The notes under the pieces are model-generated. The model saw only the letters and a program-made list of their open reading frames with translations, did no database searches and was not told the DNA's origin. Position numbers and translations under genes: made by a program. A stretch of DNA of 63,252 nt, counting the filler, from Chiloscyllium plagiosum (Eukaryota), in the NCBI RefSeq assembly GCF_004010195.1. It is 4 parts of one record of this genome, joined end to end, with 100 filler letters (N's around TTAATTAATTAA, not from the genome) between each part and the next. Parts side by side here need not be neighbours in the genome. Positions count along the whole stretch, not along the records: positions 33,914 to 59,854 come from NC_057716.1; 3 more parts are not named here. One strand, 5' to 3'. This document shows, piece by piece, positions 38,705-50,930 of this stretch. Numbering within the stretch: the first letter of the stretch is position 1; each line of letters opens with the position of its first letter.

Positions 38705-39240
38705 CTGAGTATTGTGCACAGTTCCGGTCTCTTTACTTGAGGAAGGATATACTGGTTTTGAAGGTGGTGTAGAGGAGATTCATCAGGTTGATTCCGGAGA
38801 TGAAGGGATTACCCTATGAAGAGAAGTTGAACTGCTTGGGACTGTACTCACTAGAATTTAGAAGAATGAGAGGGGATCTTATAGAAACATATAATATTAT
38901 GAAAGGGATATAAAAGATAGAGGCAGGCAAGTTGTTTCCACTGGTGGATGAGACCAGAACTAGGTGACATGGTCTCAAGATTGGGGGAGTAGATTTAGGA
39001 CAGAGATGGGGAGGAACTGCTTTTCCCAGAGAGTAGTGAATCTATGGAATTTTATGCCCAAGGAAGCATTAGAGACAGTTTCATTATATATATTCAAGAC
39101 ACAGTTGGTTGGGTTTTTGCATGGTAGAGGAATTAAGGGTTATGGGGATAATGCAGGTAGGGGGAGCTGAGACGATGGATAGATCGACCATGGCGGAGCA
39201 GGCTTGATGGGCCAAATGGCCCACTCCTGCTTCTATTACA
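38705..39240 (+). mobile_element. CR1 3' fragment
   Basis: FSQRVVNLWNF..KGYG. Confidence 0.8.
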
Positions 39241-39640
39241 ATGAAACTGTGACATAGATTTCTGTTTCCTGCCTTGAACTACACACACTTTCTGTGTTAG
39301 TTTGTTCATGTATGCACTCCAATAGTTGCTGTCTGTTTCATTGGAGTCATGCTGACAATGATGACTTTTCACTGTTATTACCACCACAGAATCTGAGCTA
39401 TCATTGTTCATCCTCAAAGTTGAATGTTCATTACAGGAAATGCATAGATGAGATTAGATTAGATTCCCTACGGTGTGGAAACAGGCCCTTCGGCCCAACA
39501 AGTCCATACTGACCCTCCGAAGAGAAACAGCAGTGGAGCAAATGCTGGTCTAGTGTTCATTAAAAGTCAAGTTTCTGTATGCCACAGCCATGTGTTCTGA
39601 GAGCTCTAATGAATGTATTTTCTTCCTTAAAAACCAACAG

Positions 39641-39841
39641 AAGATAAAACCTGGACAGTGATTCAGCACAACAATACTGAGCTAACCAAAGTGAGAGGTT
39701 CGAATGTAGAGAAGCCTTACCTAATGCAGCTAAACTACAATGCCAGCATGGAACAGCTTCGAGCCATGATTAACAGCATGGACTATTGTGAGCAGAAAGT
39801 GGCCTACCACTGCAGGAAGTCACGCCTTTTAAACACGCCAA
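39641..39841 (+). CDS. CNTNAP5: Next coding exon (201 bp, phase 1-1) of the CNTNAP5-like gene
   Basis: Acceptor caacAG|AA and donor CCAA|GTAGGT. In frame with the previous exon: [75 protein letters not shown] and VAYHCR.SRLLNTP resemble CNTNAP5 more than CNTNAP2/4 as recalled; the paralog call needs a phylogeny. Confidence 0.9.
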
Positions 39842-40589
39842 GTAGGTACCAGCACCACAAATTATAAAACTAATTATGTTGGAGCATTGAGGTTTAAAAG
39901 TCAGTCTCTTTCTTCTCATTGACATGATTAAGTGATGCCTATAGTAAAATTAGCTTCAGTCAAAAGACATTACTTCTATTTGACACTGGAATGTCATGTC
40001 CTGCAGTGTTATCCCGTGAAACTGGGAACCTTTCCAAATGATACATAATGATTGCCTTAAAACAAATCTTGATAGCACGAGAGCATAAGAAATGAGCAAA
40101 TTATTGAGTGAATCGTATTTGTTGGTTTAGAACTAGATATTAAATGAGTGCTAGCTATTTTGACACATCTAAAATGACAAATCCAGTTTGATTAAATGTG
40201 TTATGCATTTCTTTTCCAGTCACAGGCTTGCATATGAGATTTACAGCAGTCACAATAGCTTGGTCTACTGCTTGTTTTACTGTAATCCCTGTAGATTCAC
40301 ACCCAAACTTCCATATGACCTGCCTTAATACAGTGACCAGACCAAGGACTCCACATGCAAGGCATGAAAGCTGTATTTGCATAACTTATCATTCTGGTGC
40401 ATCCATATTAACAATTGGAATGTCAGTGCTTCAATTGATGAGTTGAAAGCAAGGAGAAATTTATTGCATAGACTTTAAAAAAATAAGCATAGTTAACCGC
40501 AAACAAAGTGTACTACGTCTACAAACGACAATGCAAACAAAGTGCCCTTAAAGAAACGGAAATGACGAGAATCGTCTTGGGGGGGCATG

Positions 40590-40935
40590 ACCGAGGTGTA
40601 TATGCTTCTGAGGGATATGGACAGGGTGAATAGAAAACAGCTGTTCCTCTTGGTCAAGGCATCAATCACAAGGGTGCGTGGTTTGGGGTAAAGGGGCAGG
40701 AGATTCAGAGGGGATTTGGGAATTGTTTTTTTCATTTAGCAGTGGGAATCTGGAATGCATTGCCTGGGAAGGTTGTGGAGGCTGGAAACCTTACAAACTT
40801 TAAAAGATATGTGGATGAGTACTTCAAATATCATAACATTCAAAGATACAGGATAAGTGCTACAAATTGGGATTAGTGATAATAACATTGGTGCAGACTC
40901 GATGGGCCTAAGGGCCTTTACTGCGCTGTATGAAT
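40590..40935 (+). mobile_element. CR1 3' fragment
   Basis: gtgggaatctggaatgcattgcctggg (WNALP) motif and CR1 tail. Confidence 0.7.
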
Positions 40936-42667
40936 TTAAGAATGTGTAGGATTTCAGCAACAATTATAATTTCTACCGATAAAAGGAAGATTATTTTTCC
41001 AGTAAAGTACAATCAATGGAGGACAATTACATTTTGCAAATAAAAACAGAAATTTCTGTTTTTGTTTCTGATCTCCAGCGTCCCCAGTTCTTTCAGCTCT
41101 AACATTTTACAAAGTATGATTGTAAATCAATCCTAGTCACCTACGGCACCACTAGGTGGTAAAGAAAATTAAATTATGTAAAAAGAATAACAATCGCCAT
41201 ACAAGTCTCAGTAGTTAATCCAGCTCCATGGCAATACAGTGTAAAAGACAAAAATGATTTGGTGTGAAAACTTTAGCTTTACTCACAGAACAAAGAAATG
41301 CAAAGAACCTGCAACAGTTACTTACAAAAGCTTCTTCAGTTTTGACAGACAAACCACAGTGCAAGGCTGGTACATGTATAATAAATGGTGACTTGACTGT
41401 TATTTGCTGCCGTATTTCTGCTTGGATAGTTCAGTGTTTAGCCATTGGCTTAGGAATGCAACCAGTTGAAATTTAGAATAATTTGCAAAGAAATTCTAAT
41501 CCATTAAAAGTAAAACCTACAAGAAAAAGAATATTCTTAATGAATCACTCTGTCATATGGTCCACCTGGGTTTGATAATGTGGTTTACTCTGAAGCTGGT
41601 TGGAGACATTTCAAGATTGGATGATACTTTGTTTCTTTCATTGTTGAGCTGCCTGACTATTTCTTTCCTTGTAGCAGTTTTGTGTTATAGTTACTGTTAA
41701 TAGTTGGAATCTTTCATCTGAGCTAATTGCCTTTAATTATTTTGGTTGTCAAAATCAATTATATTTTCTTCCTCCAATTATTTGGTCATAGTTTTTCTGA
41801 CACTTGTCATTTCAACAAGATCAATTTTTTTTCCTGACTTATGAATATGACACCTTGTTTTTAATTTTAACAAAATTAGATGCAATAGTTTAAATGGATC
41901 TCAAAGCCATGAAAATGTCTGATTTTGTGATTTAGGGAACTGTGTCAGCTTATTTTATTATAGAACTAACTTATATTATTGGACTACGTTATTTTATATA
42001 ATTATAATCAATCGTAATAATGTATGACAACAAAATTGTAAATTGTACTTATATAATGCTTGTACATAGTAGTACATCCCAAGCTACTCCGCAAAAGGAT
42101 TGTCAAACTCACTGTACTCTTGTACTGGAGTACAAGTGACAATAAAGGACATTCAATAAATATGTCACTGAGCCAGTTTTCCTTATATTCATTCATGGGA
42201 TGTGGATGTCACTGACTGATGAACATTTATTGTTCACAGAAGAGTTAATAATCCACCACATTGCTATGAGTATGGAGTCAAGTGTCGGCCAGACCAGCTA
42301 AGGGTGACAGATGTCCTCCATTGAAGGACATCAGTGAACCAGCTGAGTCTTCATGAAAATTGATACATGCTTTCCATTCATCCAGCTTTTTACTGAAGTC
42401 AAGTCATCACCTGTAGTGGGAATTCAAATCTGTGGCCCCAGAACATTACCCTGGATTCTGAATACTAGTTTAGTGCCATTACCACAACAGCTATCAGGAA
42501 ATATTAGAACCTGTAATCGAATGGTTGGTCAAAGAAGTAAGTTTCGAGGGAATAGAGCTTGAGGCAAGGACTGTTGACAGCTAGATTGAACTTCCCACCA
42601 TTCATTCAGAGGAAATTTCTGCTTTTGATATCAAACCACTTATCTGCCAATTCAGAGACCTTCCAAA

Positions 42668-43360
42668 CTAGTTTACTGCATCAGGTGCTCCCAGTGTGGT
42701 CTTCTCTCCATTGGGGAGACCGAACGTAAACTTAAGGAACGGCTCACCGAGCATCACAGTCAAGTCCGCAGGGGCCAACCGGACCTTCCAGTCACTGCCC
42801 ATTTCAATTCCTGCAACCACTCCCTTTCTGACATGACCATCGTTGGCCTCCTCCATTGCCAAAACAAACCATAGTTCCTATTGGAGGAACAACAGTCCGC
42901 AGGGGCCAACCGGACCTTCCAGTCACTGCCCATTTCAACTCCTGCAACCACTCCCTTTCTGACATGACCATCATTGGCCTCCTCCATTGCCAAAACAAAC
43001 CATAGTTCCTATTGGAGGAACAACACCTTATCTTTCACCTGGACACCCTACAGTCCAGAAGACTCAACATTGAGTTCTCCAATTTCAAATAACCTCCCTA
43101 CCTATCCCCCCAGCTCCCTTCCCAACCCCACTTCTCTCTGCCACTGCTCCCTGCCACCACCGGATTCATTCTTCCCATTGAACAACCAGCTCGTACCCTC
43201 TGCCTGTCTTCCCTTTTCCCAATTCTACTCTGCCCCCACTACCGAATTTATCTGCTGCTCCCTCTACACTCAACCGCAGTCCTGAAGCAGGGTCACACCT
43301 GAAACATCCACTCCTGATGCTGCCTGGCTTGCTGTGTTCTTCCAGCTACTTGCCTGTCTA
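42668..43360 (+). mobile_element. PLE family C 3' fragment with an internal 131-bp tandem duplication
   Basis: C..C....IGET.RKL.ERL.EH GIY-YIG remnant; degenerate hammerhead at about 43278-43310. Confidence 0.75.
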
Positions 43361-44351
43361 ATTTAGAGATAGATCAGGGTTGAGAGTATTAATGTTAAGT
43401 TGGAATTAGGTGTCATAACAAACATGAGGTAAGTGAAAGACTGAGGCGAATGGTAAGGGTTGGAGGGCTAGTTGTGGTTTGCAAGTCCAGATCGATGGGG
43501 AATATCTAAGGTAATAGACAGGGTCTTTGGCTAGGATTAGATGGATAAGAATAGAGTAAATGCAGTCCCATGCAGCTAGGCAGCAGGCATGAGCAGTGGA
43601 CAGGAATAGTGTCGTTAAGCATGTCAAATGCTGGAGACAGGTCAAGAAGGGTGGGGAGTGATTGCTTACCTTTATTGGGGTTGCACAGAATGCCATTTGT
43701 AACTTTGTAAAGAGTCATTGTTCCTTTGTTCATGAGTCTAATAACAGTGGGGAAGAATCTGCTGCTACGTGTTTTTAAACTTTTAGACCTTCTCCATGAT
43801 AGATGGAAATGGAAGAGATTTGAACAGTAAAAATGGCCCCAAATGAGTTTGGCCACTCTGCTGCATGAATCTTGTGCTACCCCCTTTACCCCATTAGCAA
43901 ACATTGGATCTGGCTTAATTTATAAATGTCTTAGGACAGCTCAATCAAAACAGGGTTAGCAACATTAATTCCAATCAATCACCTATGCCCTTCACCTAGC
44001 CCAATAGCCCAAACCTATTATAAAGTATCCCCTGGCCTAGTAAAAATAATTAGAGGTATTCATTTATGAAATGTCTGGAAAAGTTGGGCAGTATTCAGAG
44101 AAGAAACAAATATTTCAGCACGTTGGTAAAGAAATTGAGTTTAGAGATGAGGCAGCAAATTGGAAGATAGAGAGAGGTCAAACTTTTTTGAGTAGGCCAA
44201 GAAGGCTTGAAGCAGAGGATGCTGGTACCTGAGCAGAAACAACATCAGCTACCATAGGTCCAGGATTGGAAGGTGGGTAACCAACTGTCTAGTGTGACCA
44301 GATTGAAGAAGCAGGAGGTTGGTTTCATGAACAATATAAGCTAAAAGAAAC

Positions 44352-44588
44352 AGAAAACAAAAAATGCTGGAGATCCGAGTAGGACAGACAGCATCCTTGG
44401 AGAGACAGCAAGCTAATGTTTCGAGTCAAGACGACTCTTTATGAGAGCTCATGATGAAGCTTCATCTAAACTCAAAAAAAAAGCTTACTCTTTCTCTCCA
44501 TGGATGCTGCCTGTCTCACTGGAATCTCCAGCATTTTTTTTTTTGCTTTCAGTACAGATTCCAGCATCTATAGTAATTTGCTCCTACG
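44352..44588. mobile_element. Palindromic PLE-type terminal-repeat element (family E), degraded
   Basis: aaaatgctggagatcc...gcatcc / ggatgctgcc...tctccagcatttt; remnant tttcgagtc..gactctt stem. Confidence 0.6.
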
Positions 44589-44844
44589 CTTAGAGAAGGC
44601 ATTTGATGGGAGATGAATTGGAGAATGATTCAAGTTCAGAACTAGGCCAGGGGGTACTTTAGAATAGGTTTGGGCTAGTGGGTTAAGTGAAGGGTATAGA
44701 TGATTGATTAGAATTAATGTTGCAAACTCTGTTTTGATTTAGCTGTCATAAGACATTTATAAATTAAGCCAGATCCAATGTTTGCTGATGGCGAAGGTTA
44801 ATGCAGCAAGGTGGTCAAACTCATTTGGGGCCATTTTTACCATT

Positions 44845-45060
44845 CAAATCTCTTCCACCCCCTTCCATCGTGGGGAAGGTCTGAAAGTTTGAAAATATGT
44901 ACCAACAGATTCAAAATCAACTTCTTCCCCACTGTTATCAGACTCATGAATAGACCTTTCGTACATTAGAGTTGATCTTACTCTGCATCTGCTTGCAAAA
45001 CAATACTTTTCACTGTATCTTGGTACATACGACATTAGTACATCAAATCAGAAATCAAAA
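44845..45060 (+). mobile_element. Rex1/Babar-like LINE 3' end
   Basis: PSWGR..SLK..TNRFK..FFPTVIRLMN C-terminal motif; atcaaatc tail. Confidence 0.65.
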
Positions 45061-45720
45061 TTACCCTCACCCACAATGTGGGAGACACAAATTGATAGTT
45101 TAGTCATAAATATTATTCAAGGGTGGATAAAGTTTGTTTAAGCGTCTTGATCTAATTCCCTGCACATAAAAAAAATCTCTTGGCATCACATGATTTATAG
45201 ATATCAAGGAAAGTTTTGGGTAGGTGCAGCATATTACATTTGTTACAGTATTTGATGGTTTATAATGCTTCCCTAACTGTATCAAAACTGAAGGCTGCAA
45301 CGAAAATCTGTTATTGTTCTTGGCCTGCCATTATGGCTTCAGACTTGCATCCATCTTCAAATGGTGTATCACTCTATGCCTATTTGCCCAAAGGATCCTC
45401 CTTAAAGATTTAATTGATATGGAAATGATGACTAACTCAATGAGCCTTTCTGACAGCTGCTCTTTAGAAAGTCACATACATGTCTTTTGCCATGGCATCT
45501 TCTGATAAAGTGGTCAATGGGCTCTTGGATTGCTGTTTACATGAAATGAGTTGGAGTATGTTCATCCTGAGATTAATTCGTACCTTGAGCTGATCTTCCA
45601 GAGAATTTTTGGCTCTTTCTGACTTCTGGTGGACAAACTGAACATTTTTGTTCTGTGAAAGACCTTGTCAATGGGATCAACTATCACTAGACCTGTAAAA
45701 TACAGCTGCATACATTCTTC

Positions 45721-46215
45721 GAACATAGAAACTAGGAGCAGGAGTAGGCCTTTCGGCCCTTTGAACCTACTCCACCATTCAAAATGATCAAAGCTGATCC
45801 TTTATTTTAATACCATATTCTTTCTTTCTTTTTCCATACCCCTTGATGGGGAAGCATGACAAACCATCAGACTCTGTAACAAATGTAATATGCTGCACCT
45901 ACCCAAAACTTTTCTTGATAACTATAAATCATGTGATGGCCAGAGTCTTTTATGTGCATGAAATTAGATCAAGATGCCTAAGTAAACTTCATCCACTTCA
46001 AGGATATTTATGATTAAAATCGAAAAAGAAATCTATCTCTTCCTTGAATATGTTCAGTGACATGACCTCCCCTCCACAGCCTTCTGTGGTAGAGAATTCC
46101 ACATATTGACCACCCTCTGAGTGAAGCAATGTTTCCTTATCCCAGTCCCAAATGGTCTACCAATGTCCTCCTTAGACTTCCCAACCAGGGAAAGCATCTT
46201 CCCTGCATCTAGCCT
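45721..46215 (-). mobile_element. CR1 3' end interrupted by a locally copied segment
   Basis: gaacatagaa tail; accctctgagtgaag motif. Confidence 0.65.
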
Positions 46216-46644
46216 GATGTATCAATGAGGGCCATAGTGTCCTATGTACCTGTCTGCCTCTCCTCTTCCTCCCTCTGCATGTAGATATGATTGCTGACAC
46301 TATAAGTTCTTCCGCTGCTTGCGCTGAGCAGCTGGCTGATCTCAGACAGTCCCCTGAGTTCCAGTAGCCAGTGACATCTCTTTCTCAGCCATGACCAAAG
46401 CTGTCAAATTGAGTTGCTAACCAGATTGTGCATCCAATCTTCCTAAGCCCAACGTTCCCAATGAGGTGTTCAGTATCTGAGCTGGTATGGGGTGTTGATG
46501 CTTCTTCCCATGACCTCGGAGGTTGAAGAGGTGGTGGGTTCCTTGTGGTTTTCAGTGGTTAGAAATGATGTTCAATGAGTGACACTGAAAGCAAGATAAT
46601 GGTGGGAGTTGCAGTGCATTGAAGAGAGGATGTTGTACATAGTT

Positions 46645-46832
46645 AAAAAATCACACAACACCAGGTTATAGTCTATCAGGTTTATTTGGAAGCACTAGCT
46701 TTCGGAGCACTGCTCCTTCATCAGGGGCAGTGCTCCGAAAGCTGGTGCTTCTAAATAAACCTGTTGGACTATAACCTGGTGTTGTGTGATTTTTAATTTT
46801 GTACACCCCAGTCCAACACTGGCATCTCCAAG
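46645..46832. mobile_element. Palindromic PLE terminal-repeat element (family B) with hammerhead core on -
   Basis: Minus strand CUGAUGA-AGGAGC-AGU-GCUCC-GAAA-GCUA. Confidence 0.8.
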
Positions 46833-47030
46833 TCATGGATTTCTCAGCATCCTGCAAGAGCAGTCCTAGTCTTTTCCAGGGAGGTCCAGGAATCTCTCCT
46901 CACAGGGGCTGACCCTGTCCTCAATGTAAGTCAATGCTACAAAGGGAGTGTAGAGACTATTTCCCTCTGAAGTCCCATATCTAAGGCAATGTGAATCACA
47001 TGTGCCTTGTATCCAAGTAGAAATGCTATT

Positions 47031-47162
47031 GAGGAGAAAGTGAGGACTGCAGATGCTGGAGATCAGAGTTGAGAGTGTGGTGCTGGAAAAGCACAGCAGG
47101 TCAAACAGCAACCAAGGAACAGGAGAATCGATGTTTCGGGCATAAGTCCTTCATCAGGAATG
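47031..47162 (-). mobile_element. PLE family A terminal repeat with hammerhead motif
   Basis: Minus strand attc ctgatga aggacttatgccc gaaac atc gatt. Confidence 0.75.
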
Positions 47163-48062
47163 CTAATCAATTCTCTTTAAGTACCCTAACTCCATTCTTG
47201 CTTGAAATTAAAGCTTAAAGTAGAAATGTTTATAAAACCTGACATGGCTAACACCTTCCTTTGAGACTTGGAAAATAAAGTTATTATTAATACAGAAACC
47301 ATTGCTATTGTCTACAGATTTGAACATCTTTAACTTTGTCAGCAGTCTTTGGACTATGTCCCAACTGTCCCCATAATAATCAAGCCACCCACGCTTATCA
47401 GCAAGCATCATGTTACTCTTTTTACCTTAAATTAACTAAACAGTTCAAAAATTTAACAATCTTATACACTTTGTGTTTATAACAATCAAGCTTCTGCATG
47501 ACAACTTGATAAGTGAGAAACTGTATTGAATGACAATGTTAATACGCGGTCACTCTAGTACATTAAAATAAACCCATTTCTAAGTTAGTATTGACATTTG
47601 AAAATTATTATATAGTGCTAAACATAAAAGTGATATTGCACAGCAACCTATTGTAGGATTTTGATTCATGTTGGTGATTTCATTGGAGCGAAATTGCTAC
47701 CCTAATCTAGAAGTGTTGAGTGATCAATGATTGTGGGAAGCTGTGGGGTGAAATGCGTGCCTATTTATTAACTGAAAAGTGACAAAAATGCTGAATTTGG
47801 AAAAGAGCAATATCATTGATAAAATGTGAGTTTCATCTTTGCAAATCTGGTTATATACAATTTATCCATGTGTAATAACTGTGTCCAGGACAAACATGTA
47901 TGAGTTCCATGACATCAAGTCAAGCTTTCTTGGTAACTTAACCCATTTAAACTGGTGTTGTTAAAGGAAAAAAAACAATGCAAAGTTGGCATAAGATCAG
48001 ACAAAAAAACCTTCCAATTATGAAATAGTTCCCATCTATTAAAGCTATATCTTTCCAGTTAA

Positions 48063-48256
48063 AAATCACACAACACCAGGTTATAGTCCAACAGGTTTAA
48101 TTGGAAGCACACTAGCTTTCGGAGCGACGCTCCTTCATCAGGTGAAGGAGCATCGCTCCGAAAGCTGGTGAGCTTCCAATTAAACCTGTTGGACTATAAC
48201 CTGGTGTCATGTGATTTTTAACTTTATACACCCCAGTCCAACACCGGCATCTCCGA
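48063..48256. mobile_element. Palindromic PLE terminal-repeat element (family B) with 14-bp TSD
   Basis: atctttccagttaa at 48049-48062 and 48257-48270; about 80-bp inverted arms. Confidence 0.85.
48110..48144 (-). ncRNA. Minimal type-I hammerhead ribozyme motif (family B), intact
   Basis: CAC CUGAUGA A-GGAGC-GUC-GCUCC GAAA GC UA GUG. Confidence 0.72.
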
Positions 48257-49751
48257 ATCTTTCCAGTTAAGTCTTTAAACAATGACTGAACAAATATCTG
48301 TTTGTCACTGAAGTTCAAGGACATTGTGAAAGTTTCATTTATTATTCATTCACAGGAGGTGGGTGTTCCTGGCTAGGCCAGCATTTATTGCCCATCCCTA
48401 ACTGCCAGAGGAGGGCAGTTAGAAGAATTAATCACATTGCTGTGAGTCTGGATTCACCCGGCTGCTAGGATGGCAGATTTTCTTCCCTAAAGGACATTAG
48501 CGAACCAGATGGGTTTATATGAGAACTTAAAGTATCACTGTTTATAAAACCTGATGTGGCTAACATCTTACTTTTGAGAGTGGGAAAATAAAAGTTATTT
48601 TTAATACAGATGCCATTGCCATTATCTGCAGATTTGAACATTTTTTACTTTGTCAGCAGTCTTTGGACTTTGCCCCAAAGTCCCCATAACAACCAAGCCA
48701 CCCGCACTTATCATTTCAGATTTAAAAGGAAGATGGTTTCGAATTTCACCTCCTGGATTTGAATCTATCTCCCCACAACATTAAACTGGGATTCTGGACT
48801 GCTAACCCAGCGATATTACACTGTGTTACCACCAAGCATATAAGCTGAGGTGATTGCAGGTACTAATGGTTTTGCAACGTGGTATTATTGGTACATTATC
48901 AATGCAGTAAGAATATTATATGGAATCACAGAATTTTTCTAGTGCATTTCACTCATTGTGTTTGCACAGGCTCTCTGAATGAGCATCATGACTTAGTACC
49001 ATCCAATGCCCTTTCCCTGTAACCCCGTGCATTATTTATATCTAAGTTGTCAGATATTGGTCTCTTGAATGCCTCAATTGAACCCACCTTTGCAACACTA
49101 AAATTTAAGTTTTAGCCTACCTGATATTTTATGGAATTTGTAGCACGATCACAAATCAAACTGTGAGCACTGATGACTGCACAGGGATTGTATGGGTATA
49201 TTTTCTGATCTGTGCGAGGTGTCGGAATAAGCACTTCATTGGAATGAGACTTTTGCTGTAAACTGCCATGCAGCTGTGCTCAATGTTGAATGGCTAAGTG
49301 AACAACATATTTAAAACTTTCAATGGATAGAAAAGTAAATTTCACAAATAAACAGTAGTAGTTACATCAAAACAATTGCATTCAGTTCCTTGAATCTTTA
49401 CTCTCACATGGTGGTCTGTTACTGATTTTACAGAGAGCCTGTCTGACTTATTTTTCTCTTCTGCCTCCAGGCAACTTCTCCAGTTTTGAACGAGACAGAC
49501 TGTGAAGTAATTTTCTAAATTTGACAGGTTTAAAGGAAATTTAAACGCGAGTCCCTTTGCTCAACCATGAAGACTGACTCAAACATACATACAAAATAAA
49601 ACCTGAGAAGATGCTTGTTTCTTAATTGAATAAAGTGAGCTCATTCTCAGAGACCAGACGAGACAAAATGAAATATGATTTCCTTGTTATTGTGGCTGAG
49701 TGTCGCGGTTACATAATCACAGTATTTCAATGAGAAACAGGTAGAAAAATC

Positions 49752-50062
49752 ATAGAATCCTTACAGTGTGAAAGCAGACCATTTAGCCCAAGTCCACACT
49801 GACCCCATCCAGACTCAGCATGTAACCTGCATTTCCCATGGCTAATCCACCTCGCCTATGCATCCCTGGATATTATGGACATTTTAGCATGGTCAATTCA
49901 CCTAACCTGCACATCTTTGGATTGTGGGACGAAACCGGAGCACCCAGAGAAACCCACGCACACATAGGGAGAATATGCAAACTCCATACACACATGACCT
50001 GAGGCTGGAATCAAACCCTGATCCCTGGCGCTGTGAGATAGCACTGAGCCACTGTGCCACCC
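49752..50062 (-). mobile_element. HE1-type SINE
   Basis: ccactgtgccaccc head on - strand; ccggagcacccag body. Confidence 0.8.
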
Positions 50063-50309
50063 AGAATGGTATTGAATATTTGTAAAATACAGCCTGCTTC
50101 ACTTTCATTAGTTAATTTCAATGAAGCGGTGAAAAAAATCATGTTTCATTATCAATCCTTGACATCCAAATTTCCCGTATGTACACTACTCAAATAATCC
50201 AATCTGCTCAGACCCAAACATGGAAAGAGATGTTTCAATGTCAAAATTCTGACATTTTGTGGCTCAGAATAAATTGAGTCATTACACGTGTGTGAATCCA
50301 ATATATGCC

Positions 50310-50930
50310 ATTATAGGGAAGGCAAATAGAAGGGGAGCCTTTGTTTCAAAGGGGATTGAATATAAAAATTAGAAAGTCTTCCGAAAACTCTAAAAGGCAG
50401 TAATTGGATTGCATTTGGACTGCAATGAACAATTTTAATTCCTTCTTGCAGGAAAGTTGCATTGGCATGACAGGTAGTACAGAGAAGGTTTGCTAGGTGT
50501 ATCCTGGATATGGAGGGATTTCCTTTTGAGGAGAGGTTGGACCTGTACTCATTGGCATTTAGAAGAATGAAAAGAGACATTATTGTAGCATACAAGATTC
50601 TTCAGGAACCTGACAGGGTAGGTGCAGAGAGGTTGTTTCACCTTGTGGGAGAGTCCAGGAGTAAATGACACAATCTCAGATTAAGGGAGCCCCATTTAAG
50701 ACAGAAATGAGGAGGAATTTCTTCTGTAATCTGTAGAAATCTTTACTGGGAGAGGCTGGCTTGTTAAATATAAACAAGGCTGAGGTAGATAGATTTATAA
50801 TCAGGAAGGGTTATGGGGTAAAGGCAAGAAAGCAGATTTCAGTATTATTGGATCAGCCATCATCTCGTTGAATGGCGGGTCAGGCTCAATGGGCTGAATG
50901 GCCTATTTCTGCTTCAATGTCTTATGGCCT
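50310..50930 (+). mobile_element. Degraded CR1 3' half
   Basis: tttagaagaatga..gac and gaaatgaggaggaatttcttc motifs plus tail. Confidence 0.65.

Noticed and set aside
39846..39851. Alternative donor GTACC, and the ORF-track read-through to 39867
   Set aside because: Would give a 205-bp frameshifting exon; the GTAGGT donor at 39842 keeps phase 1.
46645..48256. Palindromic repeats as a CRISPR array or DNA-transposon MITEs
   Set aside because: No repeat-spacer periodicity and the context is eukaryotic; asymmetric arms, long variable TSDs and hammerhead motifs point to a PLE origin.
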